Source of the DNA: a virus
Lineage: Duplodnaviria > Heunggongvirae > Uroviricota > Caudoviricetes
IMG/VR virus record: IMGVR_UViG_3300014204_000008
Coordinates: 1 to 34,836 of that record
Strand: one strand, 5' to 3'
Length of the DNA stretch: 34,836 nt
Below, piece by piece: positions 25,721-34,836 of the stretch. A program made the translations under genes and the position numbers. A model generated the notes under the pieces. The model had not been told where the DNA came from and did not search any database. It saw nothing but the letters and a program-made list of their open reading frames with translations. Numbering within the stretch: position 1 is the first letter of the stretch; each line of letters starts with the position of its first letter.

Positions 25721-28510
25721 TTAATAGGAATACGAAGATGGAAGATGCGAGCTGTAATCAACCTGATCAAGTGGCGTACCAGACATCGCTTTAAAACCCT
25801 GGAAAGCGATCGCTGTCGAGAATAGACAGTCATCATGAGATCCTTCACTCGTAACCATATTTCCAGCATCATCATAAATGAACGATAGCATCTCATCGAG
25901 TGTTTCCTCACTATGTATCGTTAACATCCCATCACGTAATCCCTGTGCAAGGTCATCAATCATAAGAGGGCGCGTCAACTTTGTTGTTCTCCAACCCATC
26001 TTATCACTTAATCCAAATCCTAAAGATTCAAACTTCGCTGGTCTGAAATACATGTTTGGATAGAGTGCATTTTTTAAACCAGTTATCGTCGTGAGACCAT
26101 GACCGTTAACCTCTACAACGCAGAGAGCATCTTTAAAGTATCTTCCCCAAATAGAAAGCTTCGTTGCTAAACGATCAGGGGGTATGAAGCCTTTCCAAAA
26201 AGCAACTTCCTCACCAGAACGTCTATTGAAGATCGTTACAACTGAATAGTCTCCACCCTCTACTCCTTCAGAAACATCGACACCAATAACGTATGGTTCG
26301 TCTACCTCAGGTTCACGATAAACGCGCAGTCCATCATACGTTTGAACGGTCTGACCTTTATCATTCTTATCTCCTAATCGAAGGATACCTCCCTTCGCCT
26401 TCATAATCATTTCAGGATCAAAAACAGTACGTCCAGAAGCAAGAAATTCCATTGAATACTCCTGAGCAAACTTTCGCGGATTATTCATCCGCTTTTCAAT
26501 GAGTTTTATTTCCTCTTCTGTATATAACCACCACCAGCCATACTTCTTCTTCTCATAACCATTATCCGCATTCCACATTTGATAGTATAAACCATGGGCC
26601 CCGTTCGGAGTTTGATGACCTACAATCCCGTTATAGGTTACAGTATGTCCATTCTCTACCGTAAAATCATAAACATTCTCTCTAATTGGAGTTATTTCCT
26701 TGATAGAGTCGAAAAAATATCCATCTCTTAAAAGATTCGCAATAGTTTCATAGGCATTTGAACCAGTATTTTTACAAGCATTTAGAACTTTCAAAACCGT
26801 TTCTCTTCTCATACTCCCTTTCGTTTTATCATGATATCCAATGGATTTCAGAGAAAAACCTAACTCTTTTCGATGTTTCTCTATAAAATCACCAATATAT
26901 GGGATCATAATACATCTTGAGTCATTTCCGATAGCCTTACAAATATTATCCTGTTTTCGTTTGATTCGAAAACCAACATCTTCTCCAAACTTCCTTACAA
27001 AGAAAGGCATAATCTCAAGATTAAAGACATGAGACCAGACCTTCACACGTTCTGTAGGATGAACATCCATCTCACTTTTTCTTGTAAGAATTCCAGCATT
27101 AAGAAGTAAGATTTTTACATCATCTATAATTGATTCAGATGTAGATGTAAGAGCAATCCTACCACGAACAGAATCACAGAAACCATCCGTATCGAACAAA
27201 CCGGAAAGAAAAGACATGACATGTTCCTTCTTCCAAGAGAAAATAACCTCTGGTACATACTTCTCCTTCGCTTTTCTTTTTTCCCACCCAATATACCCTG
27301 AAAGGAATTCTACAAATGATTGATTCTTACAGATATAGTGCCACTTATCGGAGCTAGTCGATTGAAGAAATCGTAACCCTAGCGAATTACCTAAAAGAAA
27401 ATCACGTATCTCGTCATCCATCGTCGTTACAACAACTCTGCCTTGTTTAAAATCAACATAACCATCTCCTAGGATGAGTCCTACAAGATAGGCGAGATCA
27501 TCCGTTACCATTTCAGGTCGAAATAATTTGATACGTTGTTTATTGTACCCAGGATAGGGAGTTGGCCTCCATGAAATTATCTCATTTGATCCCCAAGCTT
27601 CTTGACCATACTTCAACGGAACGAAATCCCCTACTTTTAAGTCTTTCGCTTCTACAAATTCCATTTCTAATGTATTTCTTAACACAAAAGTCTTATGAAC
27701 CGATGACATCCCAAGAGACGTTCCACTTCTCGTTTCAATCCTAAATCCATCTCTCTCGCCACTATTATAATAGAGATTCGTTGGTTGAAGACCATAATGA
27801 CCATCAAGATAGATTTCTTTTCCTTTTGAAAAACCAAGATCATGATTATGCCAATCATGTATTTTTCCTACTCTTTGAGGCCCATTATCCGTAAAAACAA
27901 CCGTATCTCCAGTAACGCACGACTCTACAATAATTGTTCCCTTGTGAGCCGCAGCTTCGATCGCCGTCATCTTTGTAGATGCATTATCCCAGAAAGCAAG
28001 TTCACTAGCGAGCACGAGATCGAGTGTAAATCCTCGACCAACTTCTTCTGTAGATGGGAAAACTCGAATTTTTGAACCTTGTTTCGGAAACGTCATCTCA
28101 TATTTCGAATTGTATTCAACCGTTGGACGTATTTCTTCAGGAGTTGTTAAATAGAATGTCTTTACTTTATCCAAAAATTCTTTAGTAAGATCGGAGTTAT
28201 ATCCGATAAGAGCTACTGTAACACCTCGATGTGTAATTGCATAATGATATGCGTATCCAGCTACGGCTGTAGAACACCCTAATTGGCGAGCCTTCAACAC
28301 CATTATACGATTATTTCTTCTTATCGTATTGAAGAGATCTTTCTGAACATCATTTAGAATAAATGGTCGAATTCCACCTCCATTGTGTGGTGTTTTAATT
28401 TTACAGAAGGATTCAAGATAAAACTTAGGATCTTTCATCCTATTGATCATGTCTGATGAAACCTCTTGTGAGATATATTCACCTCTATAGAGATTCGTTT
28501 CTTGATTCAT
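25721..28510 (-). CDS. terL: Terminase large subunit containing an intein
   Basis: Walker A LKARQLGCST, Walker B LVLASELAFW, coupling motif ES/TPNG, nuclease motifs IGVDVSEGVEGGDYS and GSHDDCLFS. Confidence 0.95.
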   Translation of the reverse strand: MNQETNLYRGEYISQEVSSDMINRMKDPKFYLESFCKIKTPHNGGGIRPFILNDVQKDLFNTIRRNNRIMVLKARQLGCSTAVAGYAYHYAITHRGVTVALIGYNSDLTKEFLDKVKTFYLTTPEEIRPTVEYNSKYEMTFPKQGSKIRVFPSTEEVGRGFTLDLVLASELAFWDNASTKMTAIEAAAHKGTIIVESCVTGDTVVFTDNGPQRVGKIHDWHNHDLGFSKGKEIYLDGHYGLQPTNLYYNSGERDGFRIETRSGTSLGMSSVHKTFVLRNTLEMEFVEAKDLKVGDFVPLKYGQEAWGSNEIISWRPTPYPGYNKQRIKLFRPEMVTDDLAYLVGLILGDGYVDFKQGRVVVTTMDDEIRDFLLGNSLGLRFLQSTSSDKWHYICKNQSFVEFLSGYIGWEKRKAKEKYVPEVIFSWKKEHVMSFLSGLFDTDGFCDSVRGRIALTSTSESIIDDVKILLLNAGILTRKSEMDVHPTERVKVWSHVFNLEIMPFFVRKFGEDVGFRIKRKQDNICKAIGNDSRCIMIPYIGDFIEKHRKELGFSLKSIGYHDKTKGSMRRETVLKVLNACKNTGSNAYETIANLLRDGYFFDSIKEITPIRENVYDFTVENGHTVTYNGIVGHQTPNGAHGLYYQMWNADNGYEKKKYGWWWLYTEEEIKLIEKRMNNPRKFAQEYSMEFLASGRTVFDPEMIMKAKGGILRLGDKNDKGQTVQTYDGLRVYREPEVDEPYVIGVDVSEGVEGGDYSVVTIFNRRSGEEVAFWKGFIPPDRLATKLSIWGRYFKDALCVVEVNGHGLTTITGLKNALYPNMYFRPAKFESLGFGLSDKMGWRTTKLTRPLMIDDLAQGLRDGMLTIHSEETLDEMLSFIYDDAGNMVTSEGSHDDCLFSTAIAFQGFKAMSGTPLDQVDYSSHLPSSYSY
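26612..27919 (-). mobile_element. LAGLIDADG intein (436 aa) in terminase, ending in His-Gln
   Basis: Begins CVTGDT, ends VYDFTVENGHTVTYNGIVGHQ, +1 residue Thr; LAGLIDADG blocks LVGLILGDG and FLSGLFDTDG. Confidence 0.93.
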
Positions 28511-29072
28511 AGAGATCCTGAAGTGTAGATAATTCCTCTGTAGATGCTACAGGATTGAATTTCGGCTCTTTTGGTACATTTACCTCATAATCCTGATCAA
28601 TATCAGCACTTTTTCCAGCAGAAAGTGACTTCATTGATGTACTTTGATCATTCTCAATGCTCTTAAGAAGTGTCTCTTCCCATGAAGAAGATGTTGGAGT
28701 GCTCTTTTCATTATACTCATGCATTCCTAAACTCTTTAAAAGAGCACCAAGGGCAACAAGCTTGTCCTTATTCTTACCTGTTTCAATGATCTCCTTATAA
28801 TTCTGGAGAATGAAGCCGAAGTCGATACCAAGTTCTAGCAACTTATTATGATATTCCTTACGAAGAGCTAACTTATCTAATGTTCTATAGACCTCTGAAA
28901 CGGTACGTACGCCAATCATCTTCTTCAACTCGTTCGGATCAGTTGTGATCGCAAGAGACTTCAAAAGAATCATCTGCTGAAGTTTATTATCATGATACAT
29001 TGAAGGCAGACTCTTTCTACTCGCTAGTGAAAAAGAAATAGGTTTGAGTCTAATAGGTTCTTTAATATCCAT
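28485..29072 (-). CDS. Probable terminase small subunit
   Basis: Overlaps the terL start; HTH-like segment (ELKKMIGVRTVSEVYRTL) and KDKLVALGALLK helix. Confidence 0.6.
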   Translation of the reverse strand: MDIKEPIRLKPISFSLASRKSLPSMYHDNKLQQMILLKSLAITTDPNELKKMIGVRTVSEVYRTLDKLALRKEYHNKLLELGIDFGFILQNYKEIIETGKNKDKLVALGALLKSLGMHEYNEKSTPTSSSWEETLLKSIENDQSTSMKSLSAGKSADIDQDYEVNVPKEPKFNPVASTEELSTLQDLYESRNESL

Positions 29073-29074
29073 AT

Positions 29075-29917
29075 CTATTTTTTGCCTTTTTCGTCTTTAG
29101 ACTTTGGAATAGTTTTCCATTCAACGACATGACTGTATTTCGAGATACTCTTTCCTGCATTTACCTTTTCATAGATCTTCACTGATCTCGTATCAAGAAT
29201 ATATGGAATGAACGCCTGACCTTTGAATACGAAACGATATATTTCTTCTCCAGCCTCCTCATTCACTGAGAGAATGTGATTTAGGACATAATCCATAAAA
29301 TCAAACCAACTCATATTCTCTCTTTCGGCGAGATCTATCAGATGTTCTCTATCATTCATCTTATGAACAGTAGTGAGATGCGCGAGCGTGACGTTCTTCC
29401 ATGGATAAGCAAATGCTTCAGGAGACTCGATAGGATTTTTTGTTTCAAAAGTCTCAAGACCTATCGTTGGAAATATCCATGTATAGAGACACTTTTCTGA
29501 AATCTGAATAGATGAATGAATTGGAGCGAGACCTTTAAGGAATTTCAATGTGAGACCGCTAGCATCTGTTTTTACATGAGGAAATACTTTTAGATATTCT
29601 TCAGATGTTCTTCCATAGAGATACGGAAAAAAGATCTTCTGTTTAGAGATCTTATATTTCGTATGGTAGAGATAGTATGCAGAAAGAGTAGCTCGATCCC
29701 ATTCAGCTTCATTCGTTTTACGAAAAACTTCTAAAGCAAGATTTATAGCTTCTTTCCCTTTTTTTCCACCAAAAGTAAACCCTTCACTACCATCGCCGAA
29801 CATCTTTTGAAAAGCATTCTTTGCATAGTTCGAACGGCGTTCGAACATATTTTCATATGTTTTTGGATAGGCTTTGAATGGGGCTGGAGGTTCAATTGTA
29901 TATTTTATTTCTTTCAT
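29075..29917 (-). CDS. Hypothetical protein
   Basis: 280-aa aromatic-rich ORF; no motif recognised. Confidence 0.75.
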   Translation of the reverse strand: MKEIKYTIEPPAPFKAYPKTYENMFERRSNYAKNAFQKMFGDGSEGFTFGGKKGKEAINLALEVFRKTNEAEWDRATLSAYYLYHTKYKISKQKIFFPYLYGRTSEEYLKVFPHVKTDASGLTLKFLKGLAPIHSSIQISEKCLYTWIFPTIGLETFETKNPIESPEAFAYPWKNVTLAHLTTVHKMNDREHLIDLAERENMSWFDFMDYVLNHILSVNEEAGEEIYRFVFKGQAFIPYILDTRSVKIYEKVNAGKSISKYSHVVEWKTIPKSKDEKGKK

Positions 29918-29954
29918 ATTTTTTTTGTTAATTTCAATAAAGACGAATTGATAC

Positions 29955-30359
29955 CTAAGTCATTGGTTGAGGCTCCTGAGGTTCTTGAGGTTCTTGAGAT
30001 TCCTGATCAGAGAATATCATATCTAAGGCATTTCTTGCCATCTCAGCGAGATCTGGACTCTGTTGTTCGAGTTCAGCAAGATATCCTTGTAACGACGCTG
30101 GATCTGCTGGATTAACTCCTGCCGCTTGAAGCAGTTCTATCGCTTTCTTGATTGTCGAAATACGAGCCTGTTCAATGATATTCTTATTTTCAGCACCCTG
30201 TGTATTCATCTGCTGAACCGAGGCGATGAAATTCTGAACGTCTCGATAGGCTGCTTCTTGTGATGCAACTGGATCAGAGGTTTCCTGTGTAAATGATTGT
30301 TCACCGGATAAACCTTTATTTGGATCAAGCGTTTGAAGAAGTTGTTGAGGAATAGGCAT
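29955..30359 (-). CDS. Acidic Gln-rich helical hypothetical protein
   Basis: 134-aa ORF with an EPQ repeat tail. Confidence 0.7.
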   Translation of the reverse strand: MPIPQQLLQTLDPNKGLSGEQSFTQETSDPVASQEAAYRDVQNFIASVQQMNTQGAENKNIIEQARISTIKKAIELLQAAGVNPADPASLQGYLAELEQQSPDLAEMARNALDMIFSDQESQEPQEPQEPQPMT

Positions 30360-30362
30360 AGA

Positions 30363-30713
30363 TTATTTTTTACATAACTTACGGGAGAAGTAGTTCGGAA
30401 TACTGAATGTCTTTCCAAAAATCGTTATCCGATACCTAACAATCTGTAATGCATGGAATCTTGGCCAAGGAAGATCCCACTTAAGCCAGAATCCTTTGTA
30501 ATTATCTTTTGTAAACGCTTTCTCGTGGCCAGGTAACGACGTAAGTTTAAGACATCTGATTTGGAAAACTGGAGCAATGCCATCAAGAGAAACAGGAGTA
30601 GCAAGTTCAATCCCGAATTGCCACCTATTATTAGGTTTTACCTCATCAAGCTTAGGTTTGGAAACATGTCTTTTTACGACAATATACGGAGAGAAATAAC
30701 TTCCAATAATCAT
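30363..30713 (-). CDS. Hypothetical protein
   Basis: 116-aa ORF, tight packing with neighbours. Confidence 0.6.
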   Translation of the reverse strand: MIIGSYFSPYIVVKRHVSKPKLDEVKPNNRWQFGIELATPVSLDGIAPVFQIRCLKLTSLPGHEKAFTKDNYKGFWLKWDLPWPRFHALQIVRYRITIFGKTFSIPNYFSRKLCKK

Positions 30714-30714
30714 A

Positions 30715-33700
30715 TTATTTGGTTTGTTGTGTTAGATCAAGATCTTGATAAGAAATACCTGAAGCCCCTAATATCGCCTGTAACGTCTTCTTTCCTGGAG
30801 CATCTTTCGTCTGTACTCCGATCGAGGATTTTCCTTCTAAGGCATTTGCGATAGAACGGTACCGATAAGATGGAACCCATTCATTGTTCAAACTTGGAGC
30901 AGCGGCAGCCGCAAGTCCAGCATAGCCAGCAACACCAGGGACAAAGCTCTCAGCGAAGTTTCGCGTACTGTAGGCAACCTTTTCTCCAAAGGAAGCTTTC
31001 GTTGGCCAAACCTGTTGTCCAAAATATCCAATTGGAGCCTCTCCCTCTTCAGCAAGAATTGATGGCACAAGAAGATCATCTACAAGAGCTGTCCCGACAG
31101 GATTTTTTAAGAACGGAGATGAATCAACGATCTGCGTAACTGCTCCTTTCCATCCTTCTCCATAGCCACGCTCTGATGGAAGGAACATGTTTAATGTGTA
31201 ATGCGGAAGAGCGTTTGTTAGGTTAAGGTAGTAGGGATGTTTCTGAAAAAAAGGTAATGCACCAAAGGAAACATACCCAGGTTGATTGAGGTATGAATTA
31301 TATTTACTCTCAAGAGCTTTCTTCTCAAGAGGTGTCTTATCTCCAGCCATTTCATTAAAGAGAGATGAGATCGCATTGAACGAAGCGGGGTTCTGCCCAA
31401 GCGTTTTCATGAGCTTCGAAGTCATCGCATAGGGAAAAGACGCAAATGTTGAGCCGAGAATTGGAATAGATCGCATCATCTGAACAGCTCCAGGCATTGC
31501 AGAATAGTTCATGTAGACCTCATTGACCGCATCAAGTGCCGCTTCAGGATTTAAGAGATAACGAACTTCCCCATTCGCTTTCTTCACACCTGAAATACCT
31601 TTCTCAGCGAAACCAGGAATGAGTCGATTAAGAACACGAAGTTCCCTCTCTTTTACACCAGCAGTCACATAATAGTGCCAGGTACTCAATTTATACGTTC
31701 CGTCGATTGAGGAATACCAACTCCCTGGCTTCGTCATTGCCTTATAAATAAAATCGTATGTTCGAGAGGTCTCTGCTTTCTTCTGGATTGTCGCAAGCGT
31801 CTTCCCAAAAGATCCTCCTAAAATCTCTTGAGCAAACCATGTTCCTGGAAGATCAGAAGCTTTAACACCTTCCTCACCAGACTTCTGAAGAAACTCAGCA
31901 ACGGTACCAGGCCACTGAACCTTTCCTTTCTTCTGAATCGTCTCAACAAGTTTCCCTGTGCTTTCAACGTGCTTCTTCTCTTTCGAAGACATGGCCTTGA
32001 TTTCCTTCATGACATTTTCGACTTCTACTAAAGAAAGAGGCTCTCCTTCTTTTTCAGCCATGAGCATTGCATCCTTCGTTAACATTTTTTCTGGCAATGC
32101 CCGAATATCAAATCCGAATGTCTGACGAGCATAGGTCGGCATCTCCTTTAAGGTCGCAGAAACACGTTCAGAAACACCTTTCTGATTGAGAAGTGCCTGA
32201 ACGAAGGCTTCATCGCTCTTTCCTCGATAAACCTTCCATGCTCCAGCGAATGACTTCATCCAAAGCGGATCAAGAAACGAACCACCAGCCATTGTGAGGT
32301 TCACAGCATTTCCAATCGTCGCGTTCACGTAAGCGGGGGCAGAGAGTGGAACTTTCGCGAGAGCAAAGATCTTGTTGAGATTTTCGTTCCAACTAAGAAG
32401 CTTATGGCCAATGCTCACTTCTTTTCCATTTAACTTGATCTTCCAAGCTTGATTGATCTTTTCAATCCCATCATCAAAAGCTTTCCATCCCGTTTTATTT
32501 GGTGACATTTCACGAGCTGCATTTACGAACGTCTTCAAGACATCAACATCACTGCTCGTCGCACCGATCTTATTAAGAAAATCTATGAACTTCTCACCCG
32601 TCTCAGGACTCACATCCATCCCTTGAAGGATGGAAGCTCCTTCTTTCGCAATCTGATCAGCCGTAAGAACCGCCATACGTCCTTCTCCAGGCGTCTTCGA
32701 AAGATCATCAACGATGCTATATGGATCAACTTCCCCATGTTCCTTTGCATAAAGCTTCGCACGCTCCATCGCATCAACAACCACTTCTGCTTTTTTCGCA
32801 GGCAAAGGAAGATACGGAAGAGGAGCAGCCTCATATTCAACTTCACGAAGAACACCGCCCTCAAGGCCAAGCCCTCTATCCTTCATCGCAGAACGAAGTC
32901 GATCGAACTGCTTCGACCGTTCACCGTATTCAAGTGGACTGTACTTGAGGAACTTCACCGCGCCTTCTCCAAGAGTCCCTTTCACAACATTCTCTAACGT
33001 TTCTCCAATACCCTTACCAGTCATTCCTTTCACACCAAGTGTACCCCTCCCAGCATCTGCACGAAGAATGTCATCAATGTTCCTCCCCGTCATCTGATCA
33101 AAACGTTCTCCTGCGCTAATCGCTCGTTCTCCAAGTCGAGCAACCCCAAGACGAGCTTTCAAACCGAGAGGAAGGCTCCTTGCCACGTTCTTCGCCAACT
33201 CCGCCTCCTCAGGTCCAGCATTGATAACAGATTCTATAACCCTTCCAGCATCCCCTTTAGGCATACGGAGGCCAGGAACGAATTTAAGGGCTTTGTAAGC
33301 CGTTCTACTCCCAAACTCTTCCAAAGCAGCACCACCAGCCTTCAAACCACCTTTGTATGTCCCCCAAGCAATCTTCGGAACAACCATCGACGTACCCATC
33401 GTTGCCATCGCCAAAGGATCAAGACCTATATCGAGAGCAAAGCCAAGTGGAGCGGACACAACATTCGGTGCTCCCATCTCACGAAGAAAGCTTCCCCACT
33501 GGGTCCCCTTAGGCCCCATATTCTCATTCACCGTATCAAAAAAACCTTTATCGGATTCACCCGTCGCAGATCGTTTCACGTATTGAGCAGCCCCAACAAC
33601 GGCCTTCGAAGGAGCGAGCAACGCAGAAAAGCCTCTCTGAAGAAGATTCTGTTTAGGAACGGTCTCCTGAACAGGTTGCATCTTGTTCTTCGTCCCATAC

Positions 33701-33861
33701 CACTTCTCTTGAAGCTGCGTTTTCTCAATCCCAGCAATTCGTTTATCTAAAGCCAACTGCCTCTGTTGGAGAGACAGCCCTTTTGACGAAGAAGTCGAAG
33801 CCTTCAACTGAGACTGAAGGTTCTTTCGTTCCTTATAAAGATTTTCTGTACTGTTAGCCAT
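30715..33861 (-). CDS. Large helical protein, probable internal virion/DNA-ejection protein
   Basis: 1048 aa, Ala/Gly/Lys-rich. GFALDIGLDPLAMATMG and YGEGWKGAVTQIVDSSPFL resemble podovirus ejection proteins; no catalytic motif recognised. Confidence 0.55.
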   Translation of the reverse strand: MANSTENLYKERKNLQSQLKASTSSSKGLSLQQRQLALDKRIAGIEKTQLQEKWYGTKNKMQPVQETVPKQNLLQRGFSALLAPSKAVVGAAQYVKRSATGESDKGFFDTVNENMGPKGTQWGSFLREMGAPNVVSAPLGFALDIGLDPLAMATMGTSMVVPKIAWGTYKGGLKAGGAALEEFGSRTAYKALKFVPGLRMPKGDAGRVIESVINAGPEEAELAKNVARSLPLGLKARLGVARLGERAISAGERFDQMTGRNIDDILRADAGRGTLGVKGMTGKGIGETLENVVKGTLGEGAVKFLKYSPLEYGERSKQFDRLRSAMKDRGLGLEGGVLREVEYEAAPLPYLPLPAKKAEVVVDAMERAKLYAKEHGEVDPYSIVDDLSKTPGEGRMAVLTADQIAKEGASILQGMDVSPETGEKFIDFLNKIGATSSDVDVLKTFVNAAREMSPNKTGWKAFDDGIEKINQAWKIKLNGKEVSIGHKLLSWNENLNKIFALAKVPLSAPAYVNATIGNAVNLTMAGGSFLDPLWMKSFAGAWKVYRGKSDEAFVQALLNQKGVSERVSATLKEMPTYARQTFGFDIRALPEKMLTKDAMLMAEKEGEPLSLVEVENVMKEIKAMSSKEKKHVESTGKLVETIQKKGKVQWPGTVAEFLQKSGEEGVKASDLPGTWFAQEILGGSFGKTLATIQKKAETSRTYDFIYKAMTKPGSWYSSIDGTYKLSTWHYYVTAGVKERELRVLNRLIPGFAEKGISGVKKANGEVRYLLNPEAALDAVNEVYMNYSAMPGAVQMMRSIPILGSTFASFPYAMTSKLMKTLGQNPASFNAISSLFNEMAGDKTPLEKKALESKYNSYLNQPGYVSFGALPFFQKHPYYLNLTNALPHYTLNMFLPSERGYGEGWKGAVTQIVDSSPFLKNPVGTALVDDLLVPSILAEEGEAPIGYFGQQVWPTKASFGEKVAYSTRNFAESFVPGVAGYAGLAAAAAPSLNNEWVPSYRYRSIANALEGKSSIGVQTKDAPGKKTLQAILGASGISYQDLDLTQQTK

Positions 33862-33870
33862 TGTTCAAAG

Positions 33871-34275
33871 TTATTTTACCATATTCTTGGAATCGTCGAT
33901 AGCTTCTCCCTTCTCGCCAAACGACGTTCCACCATCAAGAAGTTTAAAATAGGATTTTAATGCAGGACAACATTCAAACTTCACTTGTCTCATCCGTGGA
34001 ATAATCCTACGTCCTCCACCTTGGTACTTAGGAATGTTAAGAACCTTATCCTGACGAAAGACTACCCAGAAGTCTCCAAAGTTCGGAAGGCGTATAACCC
34101 CTTTCTTTCGAAGGACTGTCACAATATATCGGATCATAGAGATGTAGATCCTCTGAACAATCTCCTCATCAATAAAATTTGCTTCTTTCGCAACCCCAGG
34201 AATGAAGTCCTTACCACTTTGGACAAGACGCTTACCCCTCTTCAATGGTTTAAAGGCTTTGTTGGTATATTTCAT
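33871..34275 (-). CDS. HU/IHF-family DNA-binding protein
   Basis: VIRLPNFGDFWV...KVLNIP...IPRMRQVKFECCPALK matches the HU beta-arm pattern. Confidence 0.8.
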   Translation of the reverse strand: MKYTNKAFKPLKRGKRLVQSGKDFIPGVAKEANFIDEEIVQRIYISMIRYIVTVLRKKGVIRLPNFGDFWVVFRQDKVLNIPKYQGGGRRIIPRMRQVKFECCPALKSYFKLLDGGTSFGEKGEAIDDSKNMVK

Positions 34276-34313
34276 ACTTGATGGAAGAGAATGTTTTGTT
34301 GGTATATTTCATA
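34258..34313. repeat. 19-bp perfect direct repeat TTTGTTGGTATATTTCATA (34258..34276 and 34295..34313)
   Basis: Read directly; one copy covers the HU start codon. Confidence 0.9.
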
Positions 34314-34624
34314 GTTAAGTAGAAGTGTACCACGAAACTCTAGAAAATTTTAGAAATTTTTTATAGGCCAGTCAAATAGAAATAGGAAATGAAAGGAAAC
34401 TATGTATGGAGATTAGATCTATAACCACTAGAAGAAAAAATAAAAAAGACCCTAAAACTTATGGACTATCGGAAGAAAAAATAGGTTGGTAACCCTGTAT
34501 CTCTTTCAGATTCCAAGGATTCCAAATCGAACTACTCCCCATACCCCTATTCACTATACCTCAGACCCTCTCTCTTCCTGACATAGGCTTCTTGTGGGTC
34601 ATCATTCACTTCACCCACTCATCT

Positions 34625-34836
34625 ATGTCCTCCTCTAGCAATGTTCTCTTTATCTTCGTAGGTACAGTCACTGAACTACGATTGACGCTCATCCCTGCCA
34701 TAGAACGTAAGGCAAAGGCTGAGACACAAGTTGTCCGTTGTCCTATCTGCTACGCTATTTGCGAAAGCACATTCGAACAACGATGCATCCTCCGAGAGGG
34801 TTGTTGCACTGAATGCTTCGAATCCCCTCGTGAAAT
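34625..34836 (+). CDS. Possible partial Cys-rich (Zn-finger-like) ORF, divergent from the late operon
   Basis: Open to the window end: MSSSSNVLF...RCPICYAIC...RCILREGCCTECFESPRE. Confidence 0.4.
   Translation, partial: MSSSSNVLFIFVGTVTELRLTLIPAIERKAKAETQVVRCPICYAICESTFEQRCILREGCCTECFESPRE

Noticed and set aside
23804-33586. Short plus-strand and alternate-frame ORFs inside portal, terminase and the 1048-aa gene
   Set aside because: Fully overlapped by well-supported genes, with no motifs or independent start signals.
1-34836. tRNA/rRNA genes, integrase, transposase, group II intron
   Set aside because: No cloverleaf with T/D-loop consensus, catalytic motifs or domain V hairpin recognised by eye; a tRNAscan/Infernal run would be needed to exclude them fully.

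Overview
This window is the morphogenesis, lysis and accessory region of a tailed dsDNA phage or prophage, with essentially all real genes on the minus strand. Reading right to left: HU-like protein, a 1048-aa probable internal virion protein, small and large terminase (the large one carries a LAGLIDADG intein), portal, four small ORFs, scaffold, major capsid protein, virion/fibre proteins, holin plus papain-like peptidase, a glycosyltransferase/methyltransferase cluster, and two very large adhesin-like proteins with Ser/Pro repeat tracts. The ORF track fragments the capsid gene because it is split by three small, related group I introns; splicing them by hand gives one 424-aa ORF. The first intron seems to lack the canonical terminal G. 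The most interesting candidate system is two glycosyltransferases with polypeptide-GalNAc-transferase-like motifs and a methyltransferase lying next to proteins with mucin-like Ser/Pro stalks, which suggests phage-encoded O-glycosylation of virion fibres. The region also holds three HNH genes, an HNH remnant, a displaced glycosyltransferase 3' end, and a recurrent TGnTATAAT promoter-like motif. All family assignments come from reading motifs by eye; no searches were run.
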